Of a stretch of DNA of 64,000 nucleotides, positions 1 to 12,126 are shown piece after piece; position 1 is the stretch's first letter, and every line of letters begins with the position of its first letter. Both the position numbers and the translations under genes were made by a program. The notes beneath the pieces were generated by a model. It was not told where the DNA came from. It saw nothing but the letters and a program-made list of their open reading frames with translations, and did no database searches. The stretch lies in assembly GCA_965224085.1 (NCBI GenBank), contig CBDCYI010000005.1, forward strand, positions 1,568,001 through 1,632,000. The letters are read 5' to 3'. Origin of the DNA: Candidatus Marinacidobacterales bacterium. GTDB lineage: Bacteria; Acidobacteriota; Vicinamibacteria; Marinacidobacterales; SMYC01.

Positions 1-700
1 CCGTGAAGACGATGTTGGGAAACGGTGGACCGTAGGCGTTGTCGATGATGAGAGGGATCTCGTTTTTCGCCGCGAGCGCGCTCAAGCGCAGAAGCTCATT
101 TTCGGTGAGCACGTTCGAGGTCGGGTTCGTGGGCCGCGAAACACAGAGCGCGGCGATGTCCTCGCTCACGCGCACGGCGTCGAAATCGACGTGATACTTG
201 AACAAATCGTCTTCCAGAAGCTCGATCTCTGGCCTTTGTGAAACAAACAAATCCCGGGCAATGCCCGTATCCGCATAACCGATATATTCGGGTGTGAGCG
301 GCAGGAGGATTTTCCGGTGGCGGCCGTCGTCGGACATACCGCCGAGCAAATTGAACAAAAAGAAAAACGACGTTTGGCTCCCCGTCGTCAGCGCAACGTT
401 CTCTGGGCCAACCTCCCAACCGTAATGTTTCCTCAGAAGCGCGGCCATCGCTTCGATGAAGGGGCGATTTCCCGCCGGCGCGTCGTAGCTGCTAAGCAGC
501 TTTTCTATCTCGTCCGAAACGGACAGCATGCTTTGCAATCGCTCCGTGAAGATTGCCTCGACTTCCGGAATACGCCCGGGGTTGCCGCCGCCGAGCATCA
601 GGATATCGTCGCCCGCGGCAAGCGCATCGCCGAGGTCGTTCATCAACTGCAGGATGCCGGATTCCTCGGTGAACTTGCCGCCGAGCCTCGAGAGCTTCAT
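1..700 (-). CDS. avtA: Valine--pyruvate aminotransferase (PLP class I), runs off window start
   Basis: Not in the ORF track. Manual translation from ATG at 700: MKLSRLGGKFTEESGILQLMNDLG...MLGGGNPGRIP...PEYIGYAD...FKYHVDF...CVSRPTNPTSNV...IIDNAYG, matching AvtA motifs. Confidence 0.9.
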   Translation of the reverse strand, partial: MKLSRLGGKFTEESGILQLMNDLGDALAAGDDILMLGGGNPGRIPEVEAIFTERLQSMLSVSDEIEKLLSSYDAPAGNRPFIEAMAALLRKHYGWEVGPENVALTTGSQTSFFFLFNLLGGMSDDGRHRKILLPLTPEYIGYADTGIARDLFVSQRPEIELLEDDLFKYHVDFDAVRVSEDIAALCVSRPTNPTSNVLTENELLRLSALAAKNEIPLIIDNAYGPPFPNIVFT

Positions 701-727
701 CACTTCGCCGATCGACGGTCGGGCTGC

Positions 728-970
728 CTAGGCTTTCTTCAGACGCGCCACGGCGGCAAGAAGCACCACGGCGCCTACGGTCGCCGTTACGAGCGAGCCG
801 ATCGTGCCGCTCGCGGACAAACCCAGGAGGCCGAACAGTAACCCGCCGAGGACCGCTCCGATCACGCCGACGATGATGTTCCCCACGAGGCCGAAGCCCT
901 TGCCCTTCATGATCTGACCGGCGAGCCAGCCAGCAATCAATCCGATAGCCAAGAAACTGATGAGTCCCAC
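728..970 (-). CDS. GlsB/YeaQ/YmgE (transglycosylase-associated) small membrane protein
   Basis: 80 aa, hydrophobic, IGLIAGWLAG...NIIVGVIGAVLGG pattern; GGAGG RBS upstream. Confidence 0.85.
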   Translation of the reverse strand: MGLISFLAIGLIAGWLAGQIMKGKGFGLVGNIIVGVIGAVLGGLLFGLLGLSASGTIGSLVTATVGAVVLLAAVARLKKA

Positions 971-1005
971 GTGACACCTCCGGGGTGTACTAATATCAGA
1001 CTGTC

Positions 1006-3339
1006 ATGGTCTGGGTGAAGCGTTTTGCCGCGCTCGGCGCTATCGTCGTCCTGCTCGGAGGTTTTTTGGCGTGCCACGCACTACGTTCTAGCCTTGCGCA
1101 GCTCGACGGCGAGGCGATCTTGCCTGGCCTCTCGGAGGCTGCCACCGTCGAGCGGGACGCGCTCGGTGTCGCGACGATCAAAGGCGAGAGCCGCGCGGAC
1201 GTCGCACGAGCCCTGGGCTTCGTTCATGCCCAAGAACGCTTTTTCCAGATGGACCTCTTGAGACGTCAGGCGGCCGGTGAGCTCGCGGCGCTTTTTGGTG
1301 AAGCTGCGCTGCCGCTCGATCGACGCCGCCGTCTCCATCGGATGCGCATGCGCGCGCAGAAGTGCGTTTCGCTATCGCACGCGGACGACCATGGGATCTT
1401 GACCGCTTATACGGACGGTGTGAACGCAGGACTCGCCGCGCTCGAGGCGCCGCCGTTCGAATATTTATTGCTGCGACAAACGCCCGAGCTGTGGCGTTTC
1501 GAGGACTCCGTCCTCGTGGTCGCGGCGATGTTTTTCGTTTTGAACGACGCCGGGGGCAGTCACGAAGCGGCTCAAGGCTTGATCCACGACGTCCTTCCAC
1601 TGCAGCTCGCGGAGTTTCTCTCTCCCCTCGGGACGGATTGGGATGCGCCCGTCGTCGGAGATGCCATCCCTACGCCACCCATCCCGTCTCCGAATTCCGC
1701 GGGCTCCTCGGCGCCCACAACTGTTCGGCACGCGCGCGGTGGGTGCGCTCAATGCGGGGAGCTTTGGCGCAGCGATGTCGGGAGCAACAACTGGGTCCTC
1801 GCCGGGACACGCACGGCCAGCGGCCGCGGTCTTCTAGCGAGCGATATGCACCTCGCGCATTCCGTACCGAATATCTGGTTCCGTGCGATGTTGAGCTGGG
1901 ACGGCCATCGCGTTGTCGGCGTCACGCTTCCGGGAACACCGTTCATGGTGGCAGGCAGCAATACGCACATTGCTTGGGGATTCACGAACAGCAACGGCGA
2001 TTGGAGCGATCTCGTAGAGATCGAGGTCGATCCCGAGGATCCCACACGCTACCGAACCCCGGACGGATGGAAGTCGTTCGCGATCCACGAGGAGCGTATC
2101 GAAGTGAGCGGCGCCGAGGCGGAGGAGGTGCTCGAGATTCGCGAAACCGTCTGGGGACCGGTCGTGGATGAAGATCATCGCGGACGCCTGCGCGCCATTC
2201 GCTGGATTGCTCATGAAGCGGATGCGGTCACTATGGGCGTGGGCGCCCTCGAGACGGCCACGACACTCGACGACGCACTCACCATCGCACAGCAAAGCGG
2301 GCTGCCCCCCCAAAACTTTGTCGGCACCGATACGTCGGGAGCGATTGCCTGGACGATCGCCGGCCGCATCCCGGCACGCTTCGGCTTCGATGGACGACGA
2401 CCTTCGTCCTGGGCCGACGGCACACGTGGGTGGGACGGATGGCTCGCGCCGGAAGACTACCCCGTGATCCGCGACCCCGAATCGGGAGTGATTTGGACGG
2501 CCAATGCCCGCGTGATCGATGGGGAGATGCTCGCGAAGATTGGCGACGGCGGTTATGCATTCGGTGCCCGCGCCCGTCAAATTCGCGACGCTTTGGCCGC
2601 CATCGACGACGCCAGCGAGCAGGACATGCTCAACGTTCAGCTGGATGACCGCGCGCTCTTCATGGACGTTTGGCGGAAATATTTCGTTGCGTGGGTTCCG
2701 GCATACATGCGCGAGGCCATCGAGAACGGCTGGACCGGCCATGCGTCCGTCGATGCGTCGGGCTATCGCATCGTGCGAGAGCTGAGGCTCGCGATCTTCG
2801 AGGAGGTCTTCTCGACGCTCACCGCGGAAGCGAGCGAGGCGGACGAGCGTTTCAGCGTCTGGTCGCTACGGCAGTGGGACGGCCCGCTCTTTAAATTGGT
2901 CTCGAAAAAACCCAGCCACCTTGTGCCCCGCGAATACGCGAGCTGGGACGCATGGATGATGGACATCGTGGAGCGCACGGTCGCCTCGTGGGAAGAGCCT
3001 CTCGCCTCGCGGCGCTGGGGCGAAATCAACCAGACCGCCGTGAAACACCCGCTAAGCCGCACCGTTCCGTTCTTATCACGCTGGCTCGACATGCCGTCTC
3101 GCCCGATTCCCGGTGACAGCAACGTACCGCGCGCGCAAGGGGCGACCCACGGTGTCTCCGAGCGGCTCGTCGTCTCGCCGGGCCAAGAGGAGAAGGGCTT
3201 GTTCCACATGCCCGGCGGCCAGAGCGGGCATCCCCTGTCACCGTTTTATGGCGCGGGCCACGAGGACTGGGAGCAAGGCCGCCCGACACTGCTACTTCCC
3301 GGAGCAGCTTTGTATTCGTTGACGCTGAAGGCCAGTTAA
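1006..3339 (+). CDS. Penicillin acylase family (Ntn-hydrolase) protein
   Basis: N-terminal anchor, GFVHAQERFFQMDLLRR, GSNNW nucleophile, DMHL, PGGQSGHPLSPFY. Confidence 0.92.
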   Translation: MVWVKRFAALGAIVVLLGGFLACHALRSSLAQLDGEAILPGLSEAATVERDALGVATIKGESRADVARALGFVHAQERFFQMDLLRRQAAGELAALFGEAALPLDRRRRLHRMRMRAQKCVSLSHADDHGILTAYTDGVNAGLAALEAPPFEYLLLRQTPELWRFEDSVLVVAAMFFVLNDAGGSHEAAQGLIHDVLPLQLAEFLSPLGTDWDAPVVGDAIPTPPIPSPNSAGSSAPTTVRHARGGCAQCGELWRSDVGSNNWVLAGTRTASGRGLLASDMHLAHSVPNIWFRAMLSWDGHRVVGVTLPGTPFMVAGSNTHIAWGFTNSNGDWSDLVEIEVDPEDPTRYRTPDGWKSFAIHEERIEVSGAEAEEVLEIRETVWGPVVDEDHRGRLRAIRWIAHEADAVTMGVGALETATTLDDALTIAQQSGLPPQNFVGTDTSGAIAWTIAGRIPARFGFDGRRPSSWADGTRGWDGWLAPEDYPVIRDPESGVIWTANARVIDGEMLAKIGDGGYAFGARARQIRDALAAIDDASEQDMLNVQLDDRALFMDVWRKYFVAWVPAYMREAIENGWTGHASVDASGYRIVRELRLAIFEEVFSTLTAEASEADERFSVWSLRQWDGPLFKLVSKKPSHLVPREYASWDAWMMDIVERTVASWEEPLASRRWGEINQTAVKHPLSRTVPFLSRWLDMPSRPIPGDSNVPRAQGATHGVSERLVVSPGQEEKGLFHMPGGQSGHPLSPFYGAGHEDWEQGRPTLLLPGAALYSLTLKAS

Positions 3340-3344
3340 AGCAG

Positions 3345-4316
3345 TTAAGCCGTGCCGAGTTTCTTGCGGCCCTGGTGGTGGCGGCGCTTGAGTTCGCCAT
3401 TCCAAGGCGCTATCGCGAGCGTCACGTCGCCTTGGCATTGTGCCTGGCACGCGAGCCGGATTCTCGGTTGCTCGTCGTCCGGATCGTTGATGGTGTCGTA
3501 GCCGAAGTAGCGCAGGCGCTCACGCTCGAAATCCGAGATCGCCGAGAGGTTCTCGCGACCTTCGAGAATGCCAATCCAACAATAACCGCACGAGCCCACA
3601 CGGCATTCGACGGGCACGGGGCCATCGATACGGCGATAGTCCAGCGTGCGGTAGTCGCCTTGCGCTCGAGCGCCCGCCATCGCGATATCCTCGCCATTGA
3701 TGGCGCGAAAGCTCCCGTTGCGGGCGCGGTCGTTCCAGCGAACTTCGAACTTTCGATTGACACCCTTCAAGAAAGAGAGAACGCCGTCCAAGCTTTCTCT
3801 CTTGCGTTTCCTGACGATGCGGTCCGGGTTCTCTATGAGGAGCTCACCTTCGGCTGGCGAGTCCGCCATCTTCTCGAAGACTTCGTACCCAACTTGTCGG
3901 AAGACCATGAGGCCCACGGCGCTGATACCGAGCACGAGGCTCTTGGCCACTTTCTCAGTCTCCGATACGCGCAACGCCACGCCGCGGATCGTCTTCGCGA
4001 GAGTGTCGCGGGCGCTCTCGGTCAAGATGGCGTGTTTCACGGCGACCCAATGACGCGCCCCATAGAGAAACGCCACCGAAGCGTCCATTTGTTTTTCGAG
4101 CTTCCACTCGCCTTCGAGGTCCATCATGCGGGCCATCTCGTCGGGGCCTTCGGTCGCGCGAAGAGCCTCCGACAGCTCTAGCGGCCAGAAAGAAAACCAA
4201 ACGTGGCTCGCCTCTCGATCCACGGGATGAACGTCTTCGCGAAGCGCGTCCAGCGCTTCGAGCCAAGCCTTTTGCGGCTTATGCTCCAGGAATCCGAGTA
4301 ATTCATTCTTTTCCAT
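3345..4316 (-). CDS. Protein with an unrecognised N-terminal domain and a C-terminal 2Fe-2S ferredoxin domain
   Basis: CRVGSCGYC...RLACQ plant-type 2Fe-2S motif; start taken at MEKNELL (uncertain). Confidence 0.8.
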   Translation of the reverse strand: MEKNELLGFLEHKPQKAWLEALDALREDVHPVDREASHVWFSFWPLELSEALRATEGPDEMARMMDLEGEWKLEKQMDASVAFLYGARHWVAVKHAILTESARDTLAKTIRGVALRVSETEKVAKSLVLGISAVGLMVFRQVGYEVFEKMADSPAEGELLIENPDRIVRKRKRESLDGVLSFLKGVNRKFEVRWNDRARNGSFRAINGEDIAMAGARAQGDYRTLDYRRIDGPVPVECRVGSCGYCWIGILEGRENLSAISDFERERLRYFGYDTINDPDDEQPRIRLACQAQCQGDVTLAIAPWNGELKRRHHQGRKKLGTA

Positions 4317-4398
4317 GACCGTCATGATGTTCCTCTCGGAGAAACATCCTAGCACGAGCTTTTGCCGCACAGAAGGCGCTCGTGCTACCGTACACGAC

Positions 4399-5010
4399 AT
4401 GGCCTTTCAAAGTTTTCTCAAGATTCTCGCCCACCCGGTATTAACGGGCCTGAACTTCCACATGCCGATGGTCGTGGACTTGTCCCATCCGCTGGTCATG
4501 CTCAAGGGTGACAACGGCTCCGGAAAGTCGACGCTACTGCACTCGCTCCACTACGCAATGAAGGGTGAGCAAGTAGACGGCTACATCTACCGGACGGACG
4601 GTGTTACCGTCGATCCCGAAAAGGTTTATCTCTTCGACGCCGAGCAGCACAATCCACGAAACCAGCTCCACCTGTTCGAGGACCAACCGGAAATGAAAGA
4701 GTTCCTCCAGATGGCGAGTCACGGCCAAGTGATGCTCTCCATGTTCAAAGACAGTTTTCCCAAGCTTCCCGACGGAACGAACCTGCTCCTCGACGAGCCG
4801 GAAATGGCGCTCAGCCAGTCCAATCAGAGGCGAATCTTGAAGATGCTGATGGAGCTCGTGGACAAGAAGGGCTTCCGCATCGTTACCGCGACCCATTCCC
4901 CGGTGCTCCTCGAGGCTAAAGAAACGTACGTAATAGACTTAGACCAGCACGTCAACAAGAACGTCATTCCGGAGGACATGGGCGTCGAGGGCCAGAGCAC
5001 TCTCCATTAG
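4399..5010 (+). CDS. Stand-alone ABC/AAA-type ATPase
   Basis: Walker A GDNGSGKS, SHGQ signature variant, Walker B LLLDEPE, H-loop ATHS. Confidence 0.85.
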   Translation: MAFQSFLKILAHPVLTGLNFHMPMVVDLSHPLVMLKGDNGSGKSTLLHSLHYAMKGEQVDGYIYRTDGVTVDPEKVYLFDAEQHNPRNQLHLFEDQPEMKEFLQMASHGQVMLSMFKDSFPKLPDGTNLLLDEPEMALSQSNQRRILKMLMELVDKKGFRIVTATHSPVLLEAKETYVIDLDQHVNKNVIPEDMGVEGQSTLH

Positions 5011-5177
5011 GAGCCAAGTAAGGCAAGAAAAGGGGTCCATTCAAGGCTTGGAACAGCCCAACCAGCCCAAAATTTGGCTAATTCCTTGATAAGTGTTGGC
5101 TTACGCTAGAATCGCGCTCTATTCTCCAATCTGGAATCCGCCCTGGATTCTGTGTACTCATCGACTTGGAGAGCACA

Positions 5178-7232
<2,055 letters not shown>

Positions 7233-7237
7233 TCAGG

Positions 7238-7276
7238 AAAAAAGGCTCGTCCGCTGTCGCGGGCGGGTCTTTTTTT
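7238..7276. terminator. Bidirectional intrinsic terminator
   Basis: AAAAAAGGCTCGTCCGC-TGTC-GCGGGCGGGTCTTTTTTT between convergent genes. Confidence 0.85.
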
Positions 7277-7367
7277 ATTACTGCTGTCGATCTTCCCCAA
7301 CCTCATTCAACACGGCAGTAAGGCAGTAAGGAACGTCCGCAGCTTCCGGGCTAGCTCATCCGTTAGG

Positions 7368-8249
7368 TTAGGCGGATGAGCTTGTCATTAAGCGTTGTTG
7401 CCACGGCTGGATCTCTTGGCGTTGTCTTCCTAGGCCTTCGATTCCCGATTCGACGACGTCGCCGGGACGCAGGTAGCGCGCAGGTTTGCGGGCCATACCG
7501 ACGCCCGACGGTGTGCCAGTGCTGATTACGTCGCCTGGTAGGAGGGTCATGAAGTGGCTCACGTAGCTCACGATTCTCGGGATGCCGAAGATCATGTTAG
7601 CGGTAGAGCTTTTCTGCATGGTTTTGCCGTTGACGGCGAGCCATAGCTTCAGGTCGTGGGCGTTCGGGATTTCATCGGGTGTCACAAAGTAGGGACCCAT
7701 CGGGGCGAAGCCGTCGGCGCTCTTTCCTTTGCTCCATTGTCCGCCGCGCTCTAGTTGATAAGAGCGTTCCGAAAAGTCGTTCATCACCAGATAACCCGCC
7801 ACATAGTCCATCGCGCGGCCTTCGGCCACCAGACTCGTCCGCTTGCCCATCACGACGCCAAGCTCGATCTCCCAGTCGACTTTGCTCGCGTTGCGCGGCA
7901 TCATAAGATCGTCGTAGGGACCCGCGGTTGCCGAAGAAGCCTTCATGAAGATCACCGGCTCGTCGGGAAGGGGCATCCCCGTCTCCCGAGCATGATCGCG
8001 GTAATTGAGCCCGATGCAAACGATCTTGCTAGGTCGAGCGATCGGCGGCCCCAAACGCGCGGGAGCACGAAGCTTGGGCTGAGTGGACGCGAAGGTCGCG
8101 GCCCAGCGACGCAAGCGTCTCATACCGTCATCGGCGAAAAACTTCTCGTCATAGTCTTCACCGAAAATCGAAGCATCGATCAAAGCTCCACCCGGAAGAA
8201 TCATTCCCGCACGCTCTTGTCCGACTTCACCAAAACGAATGAGTTTCAT
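7368..8249 (-). CDS. Fumarylacetoacetate hydrolase family protein
   Basis: KIVCIGLNYRDHA, VDWEIEL, NDFSER, TLLPGDVISTGTP. Confidence 0.92.
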   Translation of the reverse strand: MKLIRFGEVGQERAGMILPGGALIDASIFGEDYDEKFFADDGMRRLRRWAATFASTQPKLRAPARLGPPIARPSKIVCIGLNYRDHARETGMPLPDEPVIFMKASSATAGPYDDLMMPRNASKVDWEIELGVVMGKRTSLVAEGRAMDYVAGYLVMNDFSERSYQLERGGQWSKGKSADGFAPMGPYFVTPDEIPNAHDLKLWLAVNGKTMQKSSTANMIFGIPRIVSYVSHFMTLLPGDVISTGTPSGVGMARKPARYLRPGDVVESGIEGLGRQRQEIQPWQQRLMTSSSA

Positions 8250-8401
8250 GAGAGCGATGATACTCCCAAGGAAGAGCGTGCGATAACGTCGAACGACCCG
8301 ATCGTCGCCCGGCTCAATCCGGCACTTGACGAGACATGCAAGAATGTGCTGTGTCTACGACCTCTCCGGTTGGGATTTACTCGAGCGCTTCCTGCAGTTC
8401 T

Positions 8402-9829
8402 CTATTTCACGGGCGCGCGACCGGCGAGCCATTCGACGGCTCGCTCGCCGCAAACGACGCCTCGCGCCGCGGCTTTTTGAAACGCCGTCCCGTGGAGCGC
8501 GTTACCCGCGAGAAAGAGACCTGGAACGTGCGCGAGTACCTCGTCGACAAGCTTCACCCGGGCCCCATGCCCGAGCTCGTATTGCGGAATCGCTTGGCGC
8601 CAAAGGCGTGCTCGCAAAAAACGCGGCGCGGCGGAGAGGGCGAACAGACGTCGCATCTCACCTTCCGCGATGGCTACCACAGCGTCCTTTTCGAGGGCCG
8701 CGATCTCCGGATCGAATGTGCCGCCGAGAAGCACTCGAACGAGCAGCCCATCCTCCGCATTGCGCCCGGGGAACAAGTGACCGTCCCACGTGACGCCCAA
8801 GGAGCGGAAGCCAGCGCCTCTCGGGATGAGCGCTCCAAAGCCGCGAGGGATATGTTTCCTCGCTTCCGCACCATAGCCGAGCGCCACGACGTAAACGGGC
8901 GGATAGCTGAGCTCCGCGAGCACGCGCGACACGTCGGGAACCGCGTTCGCGAGCATTGAAGCCGCGCTAAAGCCTTCGCTCGCGACGATCACAGAATCGG
9001 CAGGCATGGACGATCCACTCTCGACCACCACATGGAAACCCTCCTTGTGTCGCTTTATCGTCTCGACGCCGCACGCGGTCCGTGTCTCGAAGCTCCCACG
9101 CTCTGACAAGCGGCGCGGCAGCGTTTCGAGTCCGTCACGAAACGAGCATAAGGTCGACCGTAGAGGCGGGAGCGTCCCACGTCGTCGAGCACGAGAGCGT
9201 GCGATCTGTGCCCTGATGAGCGAGCCGTTATCGCGCTCGAGCTCAGCCATGATGGGAAAGGCCGATGTAAGCGAAAGCCTCTTCGCGTCGCCGGCGAAAA
9301 CACCGAGCACCATGGGATGGATCAAACGATCAGCGACCTCCGTGCCGAGGCGGCGCGCCGCGAAATCCCAAACGCTTTCGTCGACGCCGTCAAGCTTCGC
9401 ACGCACGAAGGGCTCGCAAGCGGCGCGGAGAAGAGCTCTCGGGCTCAAGAGCCCGGAGGCCAAAAATCGGACGGGGTGCGAGGCCACTTCTTTCACGCGG
9501 CCATCGAGAAACACAAAGCGATGCGAGCCGGCGTCGCTCGCCGGAACGAGCTCCTCTTCGAGACCCGCGGCGCGGACAAGCTCGTCCACGATCGGCTCGT
9601 TGTTGAGATATCCCAGAGGTCCGGTCTCGAACAACCATCCGTCTTCTCGGACCGTCGAAGCCTTGCCACCGAGAACGGTTTCTTTCTCAAGGAGGAGCGT
9701 TTCGACGTCGAGCCCCCGCTTCACTGCTTCTTCAGCCGCCGTCCACGCCGCGGCCGTCCCGGAAATGCCGCCCCCGACGACGACGAGGCGCGTTCTAGAC
9801 GGTCCGGCTGAAGACGGGCTTTCCACCAT
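8402..9829 (-). CDS. hemY: Protoporphyrinogen oxidase (HemY-type FAD enzyme)
   Basis: VVGGGISG dinucleotide fold, FETGP, GVFAGD, AIPQYELGH; clustered with hemN and hemH. Confidence 0.88.
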   Translation of the reverse strand: MVESPSSAGPSRTRLVVVGGGISGTAAAWTAAEEAVKRGLDVETLLLEKETVLGGKASTVREDGWLFETGPLGYLNNEPIVDELVRAAGLEEELVPASDAGSHRFVFLDGRVKEVASHPVRFLASGLLSPRALLRAACEPFVRAKLDGVDESVWDFAARRLGTEVADRLIHPMVLGVFAGDAKRLSLTSAFPIMAELERDNGSLIRAQIARSRARRRGTLPPLRSTLCSFRDGLETLPRRLSERGSFETRTACGVETIKRHKEGFHVVVESGSSMPADSVIVASEGFSAASMLANAVPDVSRVLAELSYPPVYVVALGYGAEARKHIPRGFGALIPRGAGFRSLGVTWDGHLFPGRNAEDGLLVRVLLGGTFDPEIAALEKDAVVAIAEGEMRRLFALSAAPRFLRARLWRQAIPQYELGHGARVKLVDEVLAHVPGLFLAGNALHGTAFQKAAARGVVCGERAVEWLAGRAPVK

Positions 9830-11201
9830 GCTGATGCTTCTCTCGCATGTATAGGTCGAAGCACATGGCAAGGTTGCGCACGAAGAGCTCGCCCGTCTCA
9901 GTCGCCCGTACTACGCCCGGCTCGACTTCGACGAGCCCCTCATCCTGATAAACGTGCAAAAGCTCCAGGTCGGGCGCGAAATAGCTCGCAAAATCGATTG
10001 ACCACAAGGCTTCGACGGCGGGGATGTCGACGGCGAAATTGCACATCAAACGATGGATGACGTCGCAGCGGATCTCGTCATCGCGGCTACGCACGAACCC
10101 ACGTGCGACCGGCAAGCGGCCCTCTAGAACGAGCTTCCCATAACGGCTGAGCTTTTTTTCGTTTTGGATGAGCGCGCCGCGGACATCCCCAATGGCGGAA
10201 ACGCCAAAGCCCAAAACGTCGTCTCCAGGAATCACAGCATAACCTTGAAAATTCCGGCGAAGACGACCTTCGGCTTTTGCGATTGCGAGTTCGTCATCCG
10301 GCTTGGCGAAATGATCCATCCCGATCGTCTCGTATCCGGCGCCGAGAAGCTTCTCGCGCACGATCGCGAAGAGCTCGACTTTGACCTCGCGCGACGGGAG
10401 CTCCGTCTCATCGAGCTTTTTCTGGTGGCCTTGCATCCACGGGACGTAAGCGAAGGAGTAGCACGCGACCCGGTCGGGAGCTATCTGAAGCACCCGATCG
10501 ACGGTCGCCTCGAAAGTCTCGGGCGTCTGGAGAGGGAGACCATAAATGAGGTCCGTGTTTATTCCACGATAACCGCGGCGCCGCCCATGCTCCACGAGGG
10601 CCTGTGTCTTCTCAGCCGTCTGAATGCGATGCACGCGCTGCTGGACTTCGGGCGTGAAGTCCTGGACGCCCATCGACATCCGGTTGAAGCCGAGCTCGGC
10701 GAGCGCGTCGAGATGCTCGAAGCGGGTGACGCGCGGGTCGACCTCGACAGCAATCTCGGCGCCTTCGATAGGCTCGTAGTCGGAGAGGATGGCTTTCACG
10801 AGTGTTTTCAGCTCTTCGGGGCTGTAGTAAGTGGGCGTCCCTCCTCCGAGATGAAGCTGGGCAAACTTCCGCCGTTTCGGCATGCGCTTGGCGACGAGCT
10901 CGATCTCGCGGCGCATCAGATCGAGATAGGGCGCGGCGCGCTCGTGATGCGGGCTGATGATGACGTGACAGCCGCAAAACAAACACTGCTCGTCACAAAA
11001 CGGAAGATGCCCATAAAGCGACAAAGGCGCGTCCTGGCCGAGAGCATCGGCCTCGGCCAAGCGTTGTTCGTAGACATCTTGGCCCACTTCATCCGAGAAC
11101 TCTACGGCAGTGGGGTAGCTCGTATAGCGAGGCCCCGGCCGGTCGTATTTCGCGACGAGCTCTTGGACGGTGTCCCGGTCGAGAGGTCGATGGTTTGTCA
11201 T
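9795..11201 (-). CDS. hemN: Oxygen-independent coproporphyrinogen III oxidase
   Basis: GPRYTSYPTA, HLPFCDEQCLFCGC, GGGTPT, IGMDHFA, RNFQGY, C-terminal FSRTV. Confidence 0.95.
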   Translation of the reverse strand: MTNHRPLDRDTVQELVAKYDRPGPRYTSYPTAVEFSDEVGQDVYEQRLAEADALGQDAPLSLYGHLPFCDEQCLFCGCHVIISPHHERAAPYLDLMRREIELVAKRMPKRRKFAQLHLGGGTPTYYSPEELKTLVKAILSDYEPIEGAEIAVEVDPRVTRFEHLDALAELGFNRMSMGVQDFTPEVQQRVHRIQTAEKTQALVEHGRRRGYRGINTDLIYGLPLQTPETFEATVDRVLQIAPDRVACYSFAYVPWMQGHQKKLDETELPSREVKVELFAIVREKLLGAGYETIGMDHFAKPDDELAIAKAEGRLRRNFQGYAVIPGDDVLGFGVSAIGDVRGALIQNEKKLSRYGKLVLEGRLPVARGFVRSRDDEIRCDVIHRLMCNFAVDIPAVEALWSIDFASYFAPDLELLHVYQDEGLVEVEPGVVRATETGELFVRNLAMCFDLYMREKHQHGGKPVFSRTV

Positions 11202-11202
11202 G

Positions 11203-12114
11203 TCAGTCTCCAACGAGCTCGGCAAGAGCATCGACGAAAGCGGGATGGTTCTCGACGCAAGGGACGAGCACGAAACACTCGCCACCTGCTTGCTCGAAAA
11301 CCTGCTTTCCTCGAATACCAATCTCCTCTAATGTCTCGAGTCCATCGGTGACGAACCCAGGCGTCATCACGGCAAGACTTTTTGCACCACTACGCGGCAG
11401 CTCTCGAAGCACGGCCGCAGTGTTCGGACCGACCCATGGCTCGGGTCCAAAACGTGACTGATAGCTGAGCGTCGCTCGCGCGCCGTCCCAGCCGAGGCGC
11501 GATAATAGAGCTCGATGCGTCGTCTCACAGTCACGGCGATAGCGCCTCCCTTCCTTCCGATCATAGCGCACAGGGATGCCGTGAAACGACACCACGAGGT
11601 GATCGGGAGCGCTCGCAGACGCCACGCGGAGGAAACCGTCCGCCAACGCTTCGATATAGCCGGGATCATCCGGGGCGATCTGCCGGATCGGGTCCATAAC
11701 ACCTGCGTCGCGGACGAGCCCTTCGATGGTTCCGGTGGTCGCCCCTGTTCTCTGCGGGAAGAGCGGAACGATACGAAGCTCGCCGGAGAATGCGAGCGCC
11801 TCACGAAGCGAAGGACTTCCGTAGCGGTACACGAAACGTACCTCGCTTTCGAGCTTCTCCGCGAGCCCGTCACAGATTCGCTTGGTGCCGCTGTCGAGGG
11901 GCGAGCCCTCGTTAGTCCAGATCGCCCGATATTGCTCGGCCACGCGCGCGGGACGCGTGCGCAATATCTGGGTGAGAATCGGCCGCCAGAGCCACCGTGG
12001 ATAGTCGACCACCATCGGATCCGAGAGGAACTCCTCGAGAAAAGCGCGCACAGCTTCCTCGGTCGGCGCCGCCGTCGTGCCCAAATTCACGAGAAGAACG
12101 CGATCCACGCTCAC
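11203..12114 (-). CDS. hemH: Ferrochelatase
   Basis: VLLVNLGT, SFHGIP, YQSRFGPEPW, GFVTDGLETLEEI. Confidence 0.93.
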   Translation of the reverse strand: MSVDRVLLVNLGTTAAPTEEAVRAFLEEFLSDPMVVDYPRWLWRPILTQILRTRPARVAEQYRAIWTNEGSPLDSGTKRICDGLAEKLESEVRFVYRYGSPSLREALAFSGELRIVPLFPQRTGATTGTIEGLVRDAGVMDPIRQIAPDDPGYIEALADGFLRVASASAPDHLVVSFHGIPVRYDRKEGRRYRRDCETTHRALLSRLGWDGARATLSYQSRFGPEPWVGPNTAAVLRELPRSGAKSLAVMTPGFVTDGLETLEEIGIRGKQVFEQAGGECFVLVPCVENHPAFVDALAELVGD

Positions 12115-12126
12115 TCGATGCAGCTT

